64,000 nt of DNA, from positions 6,556,626 through 6,620,625 of the forward strand of contig MU054220.1 in assembly GCA_013239625.1 (NCBI GenBank). The letters run 5' to 3'. The notes under the pieces are model-generated. The model was not told the origin of the DNA. It did no database searches and saw nothing but the letters and a program-made list of their open reading frames with translations. This document shows positions 24,758 to 37,810 of the stretch, piece after piece; the first letter of the stretch is position 1; every line of letters begins with the position of its first letter. The translations under genes and the position numbers were made by a program. This DNA is from Lama guanicoe (lineage: Eukaryota).

Positions 24758-25324
24758 CTGAGAATATTTCTTGACTTCCCAATATAAATCCCACACCCCT
24801 GAACTAAAAAGACATAAATAGTGTGTCACAGATATGACTACATCTTTTTTCTTTCCCTTCCAAGCCAACTCCCACCTCTACTCCAGGCCTGGGGACAGGC
24901 TCTGTTTCTGTAGGAGAGAAAATACTAAACAAACTTCTGAGATGAAAGAAGGTCCACATAAATGAAACCTTAGTGTCTGAGCGACAGGGGCCGTGTTCCT
25001 TTTCCCTATCTCTTTATCAGGGGAGTCATTCCTCCTCTCACAGCGAAGAGTTCAGGTGAAAGAAACCTTGTTTGTTTCCTTTCCATCTATGAAATTCTTT
25101 CTTCTTTATGAAAACACAGGGAGTGCTCACATTTTGCTCTTCAAAATTGGGATGAAAAGGAAATCTGTAATTCCTTAATGGACTTACAGGTGTATATCAG
25201 AGAAAGGTCAAAGTTTTATGTTAAGGCTATGAAATTCATCCTTTAAGCTTTGAATGAGTTAGAAGAAAACAGGAGCCAACTGTCATGATCTCTATGATTA
25301 TTTTTGACCTATTTTAATAAAATT

Positions 25325-25880
25325 ATTTATTCAATAAATTTTTAAATGTCTACATTACTAGTTGCCATTTTAGGTAAGAGGGATGGACCTTTGAACAAGA
25401 GAGAGAAACATCTTGATCTTGTACAAACCTTATATTTCAATGCAGAAAACAGACAATAAAGATAAAAGGAGAAAAAAATACCTAATATAAACTAAATAAT
25501 GAGAACTACATTAAGTGCTATGAAGAAACATGAATTAGGATAAGAAGTTAAGGAATGGTGAGAAGTAGGTAGCTATTTACATGAGGTCATTGGAGAAGGA
25601 TTCTTTGATTTTGGAATGAATAATAGGAGGTTCTTTTGAATTAGGAAGAGAGTAAGGTCTGGTACCTTGGATTTTAAAACAAAACAAAAGAAAACAAAAA
25701 ACAAATTTTTTTCATGAAAGTAGTGGAAAACCACTAAAGGTTTAGGACATATGAGTAAAATGATCAAATATATTTTTAAAAAGATCTCACTGGATGCCTG
25801 CAGTAAAGTGACCATAACAGTGCTAGAATGGAAGCAGCAAGACTCTGTTAAAAGAATTATCTAGGGGGTAATAAGGAGAC
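25325..25880 (-). mobile_element. L2 fragment
   Basis: ttattcaataaat...acagacaataaa...aagtgctatgaagaaa...aaagatctcactggatgc...ggaagcagcaagac. Confidence 0.65.
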
Positions 25881-27328
25881 AATAATAAAGATGCACTTGT
25901 GGATGGTGTCATCATAGGATATGCTATTCAAAGGACCTGGTATTTTTAGGAGGGCACATAGAGAAATCGTCTAAAAGCAGCAATAAAGAGCAAGTGGTAC
26001 AGTGTTCCACCTCCAAGTATTTAAGCTAAAAGAAAAAGGGGAAAAAAAAACGAAGAAGAAAGAAGGAAAGAAAGAGCATGCCCAGAGATACTAAGAATTC
26101 AAGGCAATTGATCATCAAATGGTTTATGTGCTCCCACCATAAACATGATGACATTTTGACTGGCTCAGAAGTTATTGCTACAAATTGGACTCATTCTCCA
26201 AAGTAATAAAAAGAAAATTACCTTTTAGAGTTATATTTAGGCATATATCCTGCTGATGAGGAAAAAACAAAACAGTGTAGGTATTATATCTGTCTCTGGC
26301 TACCTGCATGAGTTTTGGATACACCTCTTAATCATCCTCTCTTTCCTGTGAAAGACGGATGGGAGAATGATTGAAGAACAGAGATGTATAGAGTTTGATT
26401 GAAGATGAAGCAGTTTTGCAGGGCTGATTTCGTACTCCAGAGGCACTTGGATAAATAAGTGACAATCACTGTTATCAACAGATTACCCCTATGGATATGT
26501 GCGTATGTCACAGTAACAATACCTTTACCAATCACTTTTAGTCAGACACTTACTGTGTTCTGGAAACTGATGAAATACTTTCCATACATTAGTACATCTC
26601 AGGTGCATCAAAAAATTTCACAGTGAACTCTGGCCACACTGCTACACTGTTACTTATCGCTCTGCTCCAGAATTAAAAGAACATCTTCGAAGTTATTTTC
26701 ATGCTGATACAAAATGTACTTCATTGTTACAAGCACGTGGCATGAGGCGTCTCAGTAAGCATCATTCTGATGCTGTGCCCTGATCCCCTGCTTTACTAGT
26801 TATAGGTCTGGCTGTCAGCATGTTCCATAATTTTGTAGTTAGAATAAGCAGCAGGACATTAGACTGAGTTGCATAAAAATCAACACCGGACAGTCCACTT
26901 GGTTATGTACCTGAGGGAGTCACTCAACACTGGCAGAATGAATGGATCAGAGGCAGCTTCATTGCTTTCTTCCATCCTCCTGCTGTTATCCCCCAGTGAA
27001 TCTCAGAGTGCAGTGGCTTTAGAGAACACCCAAGAGTAATCTCCCTGGATTCAGAGAGGCCATACTACTACTCTTGAAGAAATCAGCCCAGATGAGATGT
27101 ATATAGATCACTGACTCTATAAATATTTGTTGAGTGCCATTTTCAGCCCCATCAATGTGTAATAGTGATAGAGTGTCCCTGGCACAGAGCACTGGCTAGG
27201 CACTGTGAAGGATTCAAGGGAAAAAATAACAGTAACCTAGGGTAGAAAGTTCACTCTCTCATGCTTCTTCTGGGGCTCATTCTTGAATACCTCATATGAC
27301 TAGGATAGCAGAGAACAGTGAGTGAGCT

Positions 27329-27341
27329 TATATATATATAT

Positions 27342-27373
<32 letters not shown>

Positions 27374-27384
27374 ATATATATATA
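27329..27384. repeat. Interrupted (TA)n microsatellite
   Basis: Read directly from sequence. Confidence 0.95.
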
Positions 27385-27406
27385 ATGAAAGATCCTTATC
27401 ATAAAG

Positions 27407-27488
27407 TTAGGTTGAACTGTACGAAAATGACAACCTTCACACATTTTTGATGTATAAAATGTGCAAATATTATTATGATTCAACCTAA
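27407..27488. mobile_element. MADE2-like mariner MITE
   Basis: 82 bp with perfect 10-bp TIRs ttaggttgaa/ttcaacctaa followed by TA; matches recalled MADE2 structure. Confidence 0.8.
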
Positions 27489-27489
27489 T

Positions 27490-27670
27490 AATGCATTTTC
27501 ATTGTAGAAAAAGAGAAAATACTTGAATGAACTGAAAATGGAGAAAATATTTAAAATCCTACCATGCAGATGCTTCTATTATAATTATGTTTGCATATTT
27601 CCTCCCAGTCTTTACTCTAAGCATTTAATGCTGCTGTGGTAATACTTCATAGGCAGTGTTGTGTTCCATT
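27490..27670 (-). mobile_element. L1ME-type 3' fragment
   Basis: cattgtagaaaa...aatcctacca...tatttcctcccagtcttt typical of old L1ME 3' ends; a further piece probably lies at about 27900-28030. Confidence 0.45.
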
Positions 27671-27684
27671 CATTTATTGCTCCT

Positions 27685-27872
27685 TGGTTTCAAATTCTGG
27701 CTCACAGCTTTCTCGCTCTGAGAACTTGTGTACGTGACTAAGCTTATCTGTAAAATGAGGCTGAGGGAATCTGATGCATTGGATATTCACGGGACTTAAA
27801 AGAGTTAATTTCTGGAGAGTGTTTAGCACATGCCTGGTACCTGGTTAGTGTTCAAAACATGTTAACTATTAA
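27685..27872 (+). mobile_element. MIR SINE
   Basis: ttcaaattctggctc...atctgtaaaatgagg...tttagcacatgcctggtac...atgttaactatta. Confidence 0.7.
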
Positions 27873-28159
27873 TAATAAAATGGAACAAATATTTATTTTT
27901 TATTACAAGCTCTTAAAATCATATTTAATGGCTGCATGATATAACGACTCATTATATGAACGCCTCTGTTTATTGTACTCTTACTGCAGGACATTTAGTT
28001 TTTTCCCCTAGGTTTTGCACAGGTAGTACCCAAATTACACTTTCTCATTTATTGAGAATAACATGGTCTTGTGCATTGTCCATAAAAAAAAGATACAGCT
28101 TATAAGAATGTCCCTAAGGCATTCCACTCCTTTGTATTCCAAAAGAATGGGAAGAGTAA

Positions 28160-28265
28160 GAGTTTTAGAGTTAGAAGTTTCTGGATTTAAATTCTGTCCG
28201 TCCTCCTCACTGGCTCAGGGTCATTAGGACAGTTGTTAAGCCCTGTGAGCCACAAGCTACTTGCT
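28160..28265 (+). mobile_element. MIR fragment
   Basis: ttagagttagaag...ctggatttaaattc...ggacagttgttaagccctgtgagcc. Confidence 0.45.
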
Positions 28266-30749
28266 CACTGTTTGGTGTTAGTAGTTAGCCCGTAGCCCAT
28301 AGCCTTTATTATTAATGCCAGGGGGGCATTCTTAAGAAGCACAGTCTTCCATACAGTGTTTTCTGTTTCTCTGAATCGGTAGGACTAACCTGCACCTGCT
28401 GTCTATGTAGTAATACTATTGGTTCTCCTGATCTGGAAGGTTAACCAGTGCCACCTCAACTTTCACCAACACAGAAAGGAACTTCAGCAGCTCTGGGCAC
28501 CCAAGATCTGTTCTTTCTTGTGCTGCAGTGTTAGTGGTTGACATGCTTATCACCAAGTGGCAGGTGTCCAGGGTAGAGTGGCCGCAACGCTCAGTGGTAG
28601 AAAAGTTCACTTGGGTAAGTTTGCCCTGTGCCCTCTTAGTTATTGTTTGACAGGTATCAAGCACATAGGTCTTTCTGAGGCTAAAATTATGTTTGTTTAT
28701 CTAATTTAACAAAGCATTGAATGTTCATTATAAATAAATTAGAAAGAGATAAGCAATAATAAAAAGCAACAAAACAGAACACGTAATTCCTCCCCTCACC
28801 CCAGAAATGAGCAGGTGATACATATGCACTACACGGACAGCTCTTCTGCCAGGTGGGGTTCGTTTCTCTCTACCCCTCCTTTGCCCTCCCTGCCTGCCTC
28901 CCTCTTTCAGATATTGTGCAATACCCTTGATGTGTTAATCTGCCTTCTTATGTAACTCATATTATGCACATTCTTCTTAAACTAGATTCTTGACAATATA
29001 TTGCAGACATCTTCCCAAGCCAGTTAACTCAGGATTTATCAATTATCAATTAATTAGCCAATTAACTAAATGGTACTGCATACACTTGCAGCATCATTTT
29101 TAATGGCTAAATACTATTTCTTTTTTTTTTAATGTAGCAGAAAAATTCCCATTATTGGACATCGAGCTTGTCCATGAAAACTTTTTCTTTGGGATATCAA
29201 CACTCAATCCTTATAATTAAATTTTGTTTTCAATCGTCTTAATGGCACATGTTTTAAATACGTAACATATTTGCACTACTAGCACAGTATTTATATTTTC
29301 AGGGATCACGTCTAAATGCATAATGTTTATTGCATGATTATTATCAGTCAGGCTTCTAAAAATTAGAAGTATATAATTTCTTGCAATATTCCTTTTGACT
29401 TTGATGAAACATCTGTTGTTGTTTTAACATAATTTGCAGTCAATTCAGATGGTGGATCAATAAGGCATTCGTAGTTTACAAGAAAAAGCTAAAAATCTAT
29501 GACCCAAACATGGCAAGTCACATGTCAGGTGTACAACTGGGAATATTAGATGCTGTATTAAGAAAAGGGACCATTAAATCAACTGACTCTAAGCCAGGCT
29601 TCTTTGTAAAAATACACCAATATTTTTTAATTATGATAAATTTAACAATCTGAACTGCACTTACGTTTGAATAGAAGATTGCTTGAGCAATGATCCTCTG
29701 AAAACTGGCCTTTACATTACCTGGGATTAATGGTCACTTCCTCGGTTAATGTCCTGAATTTTCTGGACCAAAGAAAAAGTCATCTGTACTCTTATTCACC
29801 AGTTATTAACTGAAGTAATGATGGATCTTGTGAAATCATCATTGCTGTTATGCCAATAATCAGCACTTTTAAGTGCTATCTTGCTTGCTTTATTTTGCTT
29901 GATTGTTTACTTTAGGCTACTCATCAAGTGGCCGTTTGGAAGAATTACTTGTTTTTAGCTCCATAATTATCAAATGTCATTTATTAGGACATAACCATAC
30001 AAATACACATACTTAAATTCTTGTGTACAGAAAGTGAACAAGAAACTAGGTAAACTAGACTGACTGGCTCTGGGATGTTATTATTCTTTGTATGTGTGGA
30101 TTCCAAAAATAGTTCTAAAACCTAACAGAAATATGGGGTTTTATGTCCAGCATATGGATACTTGAACAAGAGATGATTGTGTAACTACTTTCAAAGATGT
30201 GTGTTTGCGCGATGGCTTTTGCAGGGAGCCAGATTGCAAAAGATAGCTTGGGAATAACATGAATCCTTTAAATAGTTTTCTATTTTTTTTGTTATTTTAA
30301 ATCCAAAAGAGATAAAAAAGAAGTTGGTTTCTTAACTAGACTCTTCTGCTAATCAAGTCCTCAAACAAAGGTTCAGTAGTGTTGGAAACAGTCTCCATTT
30401 TATGAATAGTCTTTTTCAGGATTTAACTTTAGTGACAGTGCAGTTTTTTCTTTCTATCTCATTTTCCTCTCTGACCTATTTAAATTATTACTTGTTTAGA
30501 ATTTGGGCAAAAAATAAGGAAGAAATGACCAGTGCCCTCTTTGAAGTCACTGTTTCATCATGGTTTTCCTTTTCTTTTCCTCCTCAAATGATCAGCTTGG
30601 TGATGGAGCGTGGTTCTTCAGCCAGATTCGAAATCTAATGCCTCAGCACCCTGTGAACTATTTTCACTTTCCCGAAGAGTCTACTTGGTGACTTGTTTAT
30701 GTGGAAGCTGGTTTAAGTAACAGGTGTTGTCGGTGACTTTGGAACACAA

Positions 30750-30900
30750 ACCACAATTACCATTACTTACTGATAGCATAATATATGCTGAACATCATAT
30801 TGAGCATTTTGCATACAATCTTCTTCAGTTTCTACCAACTCTCCCCTATAGGCATCCTTGTACACTTTTTAGATGAAGAAACCAAAATCAGAATTATTTG
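30750..30900 (-). mobile_element. MIR fragment
   Basis: ttactgatagcataatatatgctgaaca...ttttagatgaagaaacc. Confidence 0.55.
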
Positions 30901-30909
30901 ACTATTTAA

Positions 30910-31090
30910 TTTAGACTCAATCCTGGGGCAGCTCATTGCTTTGATACTTAATCACTAGTGAGCTCTGTCAAATTACTTCTCTGGGTCTCAATCTCTTTAT
31001 TACCAAAGGATGATAGAATATACGTATCACAGGGTTTCTATAGAGATGAAAGAAATAATGTTTCTAAAGCATATATAGTAATAACTAGGT
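30910..31090 (+). mobile_element. MIR fragment
   Basis: ctctgggtctcaatctc...cacagggtt...gatgaaagaaataatg...taaagca. Confidence 0.55.
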
Positions 31091-31552
31091 GCTTGTTATT
31101 AACACCCCAAGTCACACAACCTGTTAGTTTCCAGGAATGGACTACAAACTTAAACTTATTTTATCAGAGAACTCATTAATTCATCATGGACGCTCTATAA
31201 AGGAAAATTTGAAGACAATGTACTGTAAGAATCTTGGGACATGGTAAGATGCATATAAGCACAGTGATTTAAATTCCTGGGGATTTTCAATAATTGATGA
31301 AATAAGTGCAATTATATTCAGATTGTGAAAGCAATGAAGGTAAATTCAGTTATGTAAATGATTATTTTTTTCTGTATTATTCTATTTCTCATGTGATCAA
31401 CTTTTTCCTTTTAGATAATGAAACCAACATTTCTGAAGTTCTGTTTGTTTGTTTTGCTAGCATGCCTAACACAGTACTAGGATACTAAGTGCCCACTGCG
31501 TAATTAGGATAAAGTGCTTTTAAAGATGTCTCTCTGGAGCGCAGATGTCCTG

Positions 31553-32093
31553 TATGCAGAGAAGAGTTAACACAGACCTGGGATTGCTGTGCTTAGAAAG
31601 CCTTGCTGGTGAAGTTGACCCTTCACTCTCACCTAAACTTGGATTTTGGGATAATTCCTACCATTTTTAGAATTGAGAGTGGCCCACGGCAACTAACTGA
31701 ACAGACAGTGTGGTTTATGCTGAGCACCTGCTTTCTTCCTAGAATTTTGGTACATGCCAGGCAGAGGGTGTGTAAATAATCAGCCTCTTAATAAAAACCC
31801 GGGCACGGAGGCTCTAGTGAGCTTCCCTGGTGGATGGCATTTCACTTGTGTTGTCAGAATGCCTTGTCAGAGGGTAAAGCACACAGTGTGTGAATCCGCT
31901 GGGAGAGGACTCTGGGAAGCCGGTCTGTCACTCCCTCTGGACTTGTCTCCATGTGCCTTTCACCTTTGTTGATTTTGCTTTGTATCTCTTGGTTTCAGTG
32001 AATCATAGGCATGAGTAAGACTATATGATGAGCCCTGGAAGTCTTCTTAGTAAATCACTGAACCTGGTGACGGTCTTTGGGACCCCTGGCACA
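31553..32093 (+). mobile_element. MER68-type ERVL solo LTR, full length
   Basis: Starts tatgcagagaagagttaaca, contains aataaaaacccgggcac and gggagaggactctgggaagc, ends gggacccctggcaca; collinear with recalled MER68. Confidence 0.85.
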
Positions 32094-32956
32094 CTCTAGT
32101 TCAGGGACCGTCAAGCTTTGTAAACCTGCCCGTCCACAGTAGCTCCAGGCAGTACATTTGGCATACAATGGCAAACCTCCAGGGCATGGAAAAGGATAGG
32201 GGTGTATTGCGGTGGGGGGGAGGGAATCGGATGTGTGATTAAAAAAAAAGTCAGAGAACATAAGTTATGAAGAGGAGAGGATAATTGGAGATAGAAGAAA
32301 GGAGAAGGTTATTAGTGTCTTTGAAGGATTACATAATTATCTCTTCTGCCTCTAACTTTTTTCAGAACCAGCTGAGAAATAAGCAAGGGCAGAATGTGGA
32401 AGCTAGATGACTATCTTTATTACTTATAAAGGCTGTGTTTTACTTTATAACGGCATAATTGTTGTAGTCCAGTGGATTTGCTATAAGAATTTAAAAAAAT
32501 GTATATTACCTATCTTATTGGATTACGTATGGCTTGTTCTGTCATCTCCTTCAGCTATGCTTGTGAGCTCCTTACTATCAGAAGGGAACGCCAGGAATGG
32601 GAAAACATTACCACTTAACATTAGAGGCTGGCAAATAGGAGGTCTGTTGATTATTTCAAATGCTCTCCAATGACTAAGCAACATACAAAAGAGGAAGGGT
32701 CCAATGGTGTGGAAAGTCAACATTAGGAATTCACAACTGGTAAATTCTCCTCTGTGAGCCATATTCTCTAAGTTGTTTCACAAGGAGGCTCCAATCCAAA
32801 GTCAGGTATTCAAAGTTAGTTTGAGAAAAATCTGTTACAAAATTAGAATATTAAAGAAAGAGACAAGGACTTTGGTAGAGGCAGATCATATGGGTGTTTT
32901 TGAAATATCCTAGGTATTTTGAAGTTAAGCTGCTCACTTGAAACACGACACGTGTA

Positions 32957-33434
32957 CTGTCAACTTTACTATTGAGGTTATGGGTTCAGCTGTTGTACTA
33001 GAGATTACGAATAGCAGTGGCTCAACATATAAGTCTATCTTTGATCCCACGTAGTAGTCTAGGCCAGGCAGGGCTGGGTCCGTGATGTCAGGAACCCACG
33101 TTCGTTGTGTCTTGTTCTGTCTTCCCTAGGGCATTGCCACTACACGTGGTTGAAGATGACCTATCAGTTCACACACATACTTGCCAGCAGGAAAGATGTA
33201 TAAATCTCTTCAATTTCAGAACATTGCCTGGAAGTTGCACATTTCATTTTTCTCACACAATTTTTGTCATGATCTTAGACTCATGACCATACATACATAG
33301 TTGCCAGGGAGGCTGGCATATGTCTCTTTTCTTTTTTATTTTCTGGGAAGCCATGTATCCCACTAAAAAGTGGGGGTTTTCTTGCTATAGAAGGGAATAA
33401 GTGTTATTGAGGGGTAATTAGCATTTATTTACAC
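32957..33434 (-). mobile_element. ERVL-MaLR LTR (MLT1J-like)
   Basis: agcagtggctcaaca...tcaggaaccca...ggaagttgcaca...agggaggctggcatatgt...tattgaggggtaattagc...caca. Confidence 0.7.
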
Positions 33435-33729
33435 ACTTCATCCCTCTAGCCGTATAAATATTTGAGTTCACCATCGGAAACCTTTACCATTTTAACACAT
33501 TCACTCATTCCTCTAATAGAAAGTTGCAAACTCTCTTCTGGGATATCTGATTTTATAAAGCCTTTTTCATACTTATGAATGTGATTTAGATTTTTCCAAT
33601 TAGATTTTGGAGGAGGGAGTGAGACTCAGGTCCCACTGTCCATTCAGTAGCTCTCAGGGTACAAAGCATTCATTTCCTGTATGCAGACTGCAGTAGATAC
33701 AGCCGTTCTGGAGTATACACCAATAGCTA

Positions 33730-34049
33730 CAATTTACTGAATTGTGGCAGCTTCCTTGGCTGTGGCTGTTTTATGATTGTGGAATCTTTCCAATATCAGC
33801 TGCTTCCAGTGATGGCAGTGATAGTGTGGTTCAGCTGTAGTAGGAACTTCGAGCAGCATCCGGATAATTAAAGATTCAGAAACTTCCTTGGAGTCCAGAT
33901 TCTGTGTTCTGACGTTAGGAGTAATTGCTTAAAGTGTAAACTGGTCTATTTCCTCCATCTTGCCAATGATTCTGTGAGTCACCCAACATGCTACAATAAC
34001 TCATTTCTGCTTAAACTAGCTAGTGTGAATTCTACTCTTGGCAACTGAA
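33730..34049 (+). mobile_element. Ancient LTR 3' part
   Basis: aataactcatttctgcttaaactagctagtgtgaattctactcttggcaactg is the same end type as 5881-6150. Confidence 0.5.
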
Positions 34050-34159
34050 TCCTTCTGACGAATTAGTACAGCCAGCTGATAAAGAAGTCCTTTCACTTTA
34101 TTTGTTCATTGATGTGAACAAAAGATAAAATGCCTTCAAGCAACTTACAGTCGAATAAC

Positions 34160-34380
34160 TGACAGCTAAAATTTACTAACAATTTACCATGTGCCAGACA
34201 TCTGAGAGTCTTTCCAATGCTAAGATGTTTAATGCCAATAATCACCTACGTATTAGGAATAACTGTATCCCTGTTCTGTGGGTTTGAAAACTGAGTTTTT
34301 AAGACGTTAAGCAGATCCTGAGTATATAAAACTTGTATGTAATCCAGACAGCATTTGGAATCAGATGATCTGGCTTAACA
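34160..34380 (-). mobile_element. MIR SINE
   Basis: acagctaaaatttactaacaatttaccatgtgccagaca...gaaaactgag...gttaag. Confidence 0.55.
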
Positions 34381-34384
34381 ATTA

Positions 34385-34875
34385 CTGGGAAGACATTTAT
34401 TAAAATCATCATTAAGCATGTACTAAATTAATTATGATTCTGTTAAGAATGATGAAGGAGAAGTGCGTGATACCAGCACAATGGAGAAAAAGTTGAAAGA
34501 TGGATCAAAACCATTGGGCATGTTGATAGGTGCCACTGAAGTTTCTGTAGGGAGGAGTAATCATTGAACTACATTGGCATGTTTACAAAATCACTCTGAC
34601 TGCTGAGTAGGAAATGGTTTGAAGTGTGAGCATGTCCAGATGTTCAGAGACCAGTTAGCTGGATATTATACAAGTGAAACGGGAATGGCCAGGGTGTCAC
34701 CTGCTGCAGTGGGAGTAGGAGTGGAGAGAAATGCAAAAAAAGTGACTGATATTTGAGAAGTAGATTGAAGAAACAGTGATGATTGATTTAATATTGGAAA
34801 CGAGAAGGGAGAACTAGTGCAGGGTGACGTTCAGATTTCTGATCTGAGAAAGTAATTAGATGTTGATTCCATTAA
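34385..34875 (-). mobile_element. L2 fragment
   Basis: aaaatcactctgactgctg...gagaccagttag...gtggagagaa...cagatttctg. Confidence 0.65.
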
Positions 34876-36309
34876 TTCCATATTTGTGGACTATAGTTAC
34901 CTCCTCTGGATAGAGCATCCTCTGAATATAGCAAAGACAGAGTATTCGTAAAAAGTGGAAATGTACTAAGAATTTCTCACTAGTGTCCCTGTGCTAAAAA
35001 AAGCTCTGTGTACATTTTTCTGGACAATGTTAGTGAGTTCTACAATATTGATCAAAAAAGACTGATCTCTGTTTCCCTGGAGATGTATTAATCTTATTTG
35101 GCCTTATTCCATACATCACCAGTAGTCAAAATTTAAGAGTAATCTATTTTTTTTTTTTGCTTTTAACTTTTAACGCCTTGTGAAGTCACTCTTTCATGGG
35201 GGAAGCTAGAATTCAGAATAGCAGCTTTTAGCTGCTTTGAATCACATTCCTTTTGTCTTACGAATCCATCCTGAGCTGCAGATAAAGTCAACAGGCCTAC
35301 CAGAAAGCACGAAGAAAGGCGTTTTAAACCCCTCTTGGTTAGCGTGTATAACTACTCCCGTCATTAAACTAAATATTTCAGATCACTAATAAGCCGATTA
35401 AAATAAAACTGACTTCTTATAATTTAAATTGAGGCAACATACTATATAAAAGGTGGCCTGAAATTTTTAAAAATTTGAGTTCTGAAACTTTATATAGCAA
35501 TGCTTTACTATATTTTCTCACCAATAAGTCCCATGACTTAGAAGTGTTTGTTTATTGGATAAACTGCTTTTATTTGATATTAACAGCTTAATTTTCCCAT
35601 TCTGTTATCAATAATACATTAGTGCCCAACAGACTGTTGATGAACACAATGATACTTTGTTTTCATACTATAGTAATATAATTTCAGCCAAGGCAGATAA
35701 CTTTGGTATTTTATTTAATGAAAGCAGACTTATTATGGGTCTTTTGTTCTTTAAAATACTGACAATCAGGCTTAATGCTTCAGTGTGCACATATGGCTCC
35801 TTCTGACATATTGAAAAGTGAAACTCAAATATCATCTTATTCCTTTAATGGGAAATTTGGAGTTTAATATCCAAAGATTCAGAAACTGTTGATTTGGAGG
35901 AATATGGGTCATTTAGTTCAAAAAACAAAAAACAAAAAAAAAAGAAAAATTTTATTTGAAAAGTAGAGAAAAAATTGGGTGTTCACATTTTGTTTGGTGT
36001 GTCTTAAGAAATCTCTTCTGATGGAAAGGCACGCCTTACTCCAAAATGACTAGAACATAATGCTGCAGGAACTTCACTCTGCATAGAGACTGCCAATTGT
36101 CTAAATAGCCCTCTTCAAGTGCTTGCCTGCTCCCTTCCAGGTCTGTTACCCGCCAGGTGCTAAGTGAAAGGAGCAAAGGTTAGAGTTACAATCCCTGAAA
36201 TCCATGGTTTGCTAATCATGGTTGAGTCCCAGAAGCAGGTGATCCTTTTTCTCCTGGAAACATTCCCAAGCATTCAGAGCTTCAGTCACTTCCAGTTCGT
36301 GGAGCAAGG

Positions 36310-36540
36310 CATGGCACTGAGCAGTGTCTTTCTGTATTAGGCACCGGCAAGCACATTGCTTTATTTGATCCTCCTAACAACATCTTGTGGGCAGTATTAT
36401 TATCCCCATTTTATCAATAGCTTCGAGAGGTTAAGTAACTTTCTCAGAAACACAGAGCTAGGAAGAGACCGAGCCAGTATTTGGATCTAAATCTCTCAGA
36501 CTCCGCAGTTAAGGCTTTTAAATACTATGCAACCCTTCTG
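36310..36540 (-). mobile_element. MIR SINE
   Basis: atttgatcctcctaacaac...tattattatccccatttta...gagaggttaagtaactt...cacagagctagga. Confidence 0.8.
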
Positions 36541-37647
36541 CCTTGTAGCTTCCTTTTTCTTAACTGGAGAGTCACACTTACCTCCAGTAATTGACAGCTA
36601 CAGTGCAAGCTGCCACATTTAAAGGCAACTCGGATCTCTGATGGTATTCTGTGCTCTTGAAATTTCACTTGGGCTTCCTCCAAAAAAAATGCATTTCAGC
36701 TCCTCCTACTTCACTGACTTCAGAGTTGTTGCTTTTTAGGATTTGGACTCTGAGATAGTTAGCTCTTGTATCATAGAACAAAAATTGTATGTTTTTGTGT
36801 ATGTTGACGTGTGTAAATATGTGATCAGAACCATCTAGTTCTCAGTGCTTCCGTAAAGGAATTATTTCTTTCAAGTGTCAAGGAGCATTGCTCCTTAACT
36901 GGTTTCTCTAGAACACTTCTCTGAAACTTAAGATAATCTATTCACAATATCTGTTACAAAATGCAGATTATTTACAACTTCACATTTATTTGTGGTAAAG
37001 AGCATTATGATGTATTTGTCTCAGAATAATTCTGAGTTTAATATATGTTTTAGGAAAACAAATTAGCTTTGATGTACTTTTTTCTGGGTTCAAGTACCCA
37101 TATTTTGGTGGTTTTGTTGTGAATCTGTTGAAAGTTATTATTGTTTTAATTTAAATCACTCAGGTCACATCCTTCTTAATAATTTAGATTGAGAAAATAC
37201 TGGCTGTTAGGACTCTCGAATGTTCGGGAAGGTGACTTCACCTCGGTCCACCCCTGTACTCATAAACTTTACTTTGGACACCTTTTCAGAACAAGAGCAT
37301 GAAATTAGAGATTTATGAAGGGGCCTTCAAATATCCTCTAGACAAAATGAACATACACATATACCAGTGACTGTTTCAGGGTCACACAACCTACTATTGG
37401 CCAACTTGAGCTTAAGCTCCTACTCCTTAAACTTAAGTCTGGTGAAATTCCTACTCAAAAACCAGTTCTCAATATTTTGTGAACCCTGGGAGCTACAGAG
37501 TTACTGCAAAAGCTTTGTGACTCACATGCACCAAGTATCATCTATAGACAAACTAAATAACGTCCTGCACGTAAATATATCGCTCCTTCTTAAATGCTTG
37601 TAGACCTTGTTGTTTTTTTTACATTTTAAATGTTATGAAATTAATAC

Positions 37648-37810
37648 TGTATTATCTAAAATAAGACACAATTTGCAGCACTATGTTTTCTGATACTCTA
37701 GGAAAAATGTTACTATTATAGTTTTACCACACCATTGATTGAAAGACGCTCACTAATTTTACATATTTAAGATATGAAAAATAATGTCAGTTTTAAAGGA
37801 CAGCAATACC
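37648..37810. mobile_element. MER104/Kanga-like Tc2 DNA-transposon remnant
   Basis: ccattgattgaaagacgc...taatttta...atatgaaaaataatgtcagtttta...aatac resembles the MER104 end; starts ta|ctgtatt. Confidence 0.4.
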
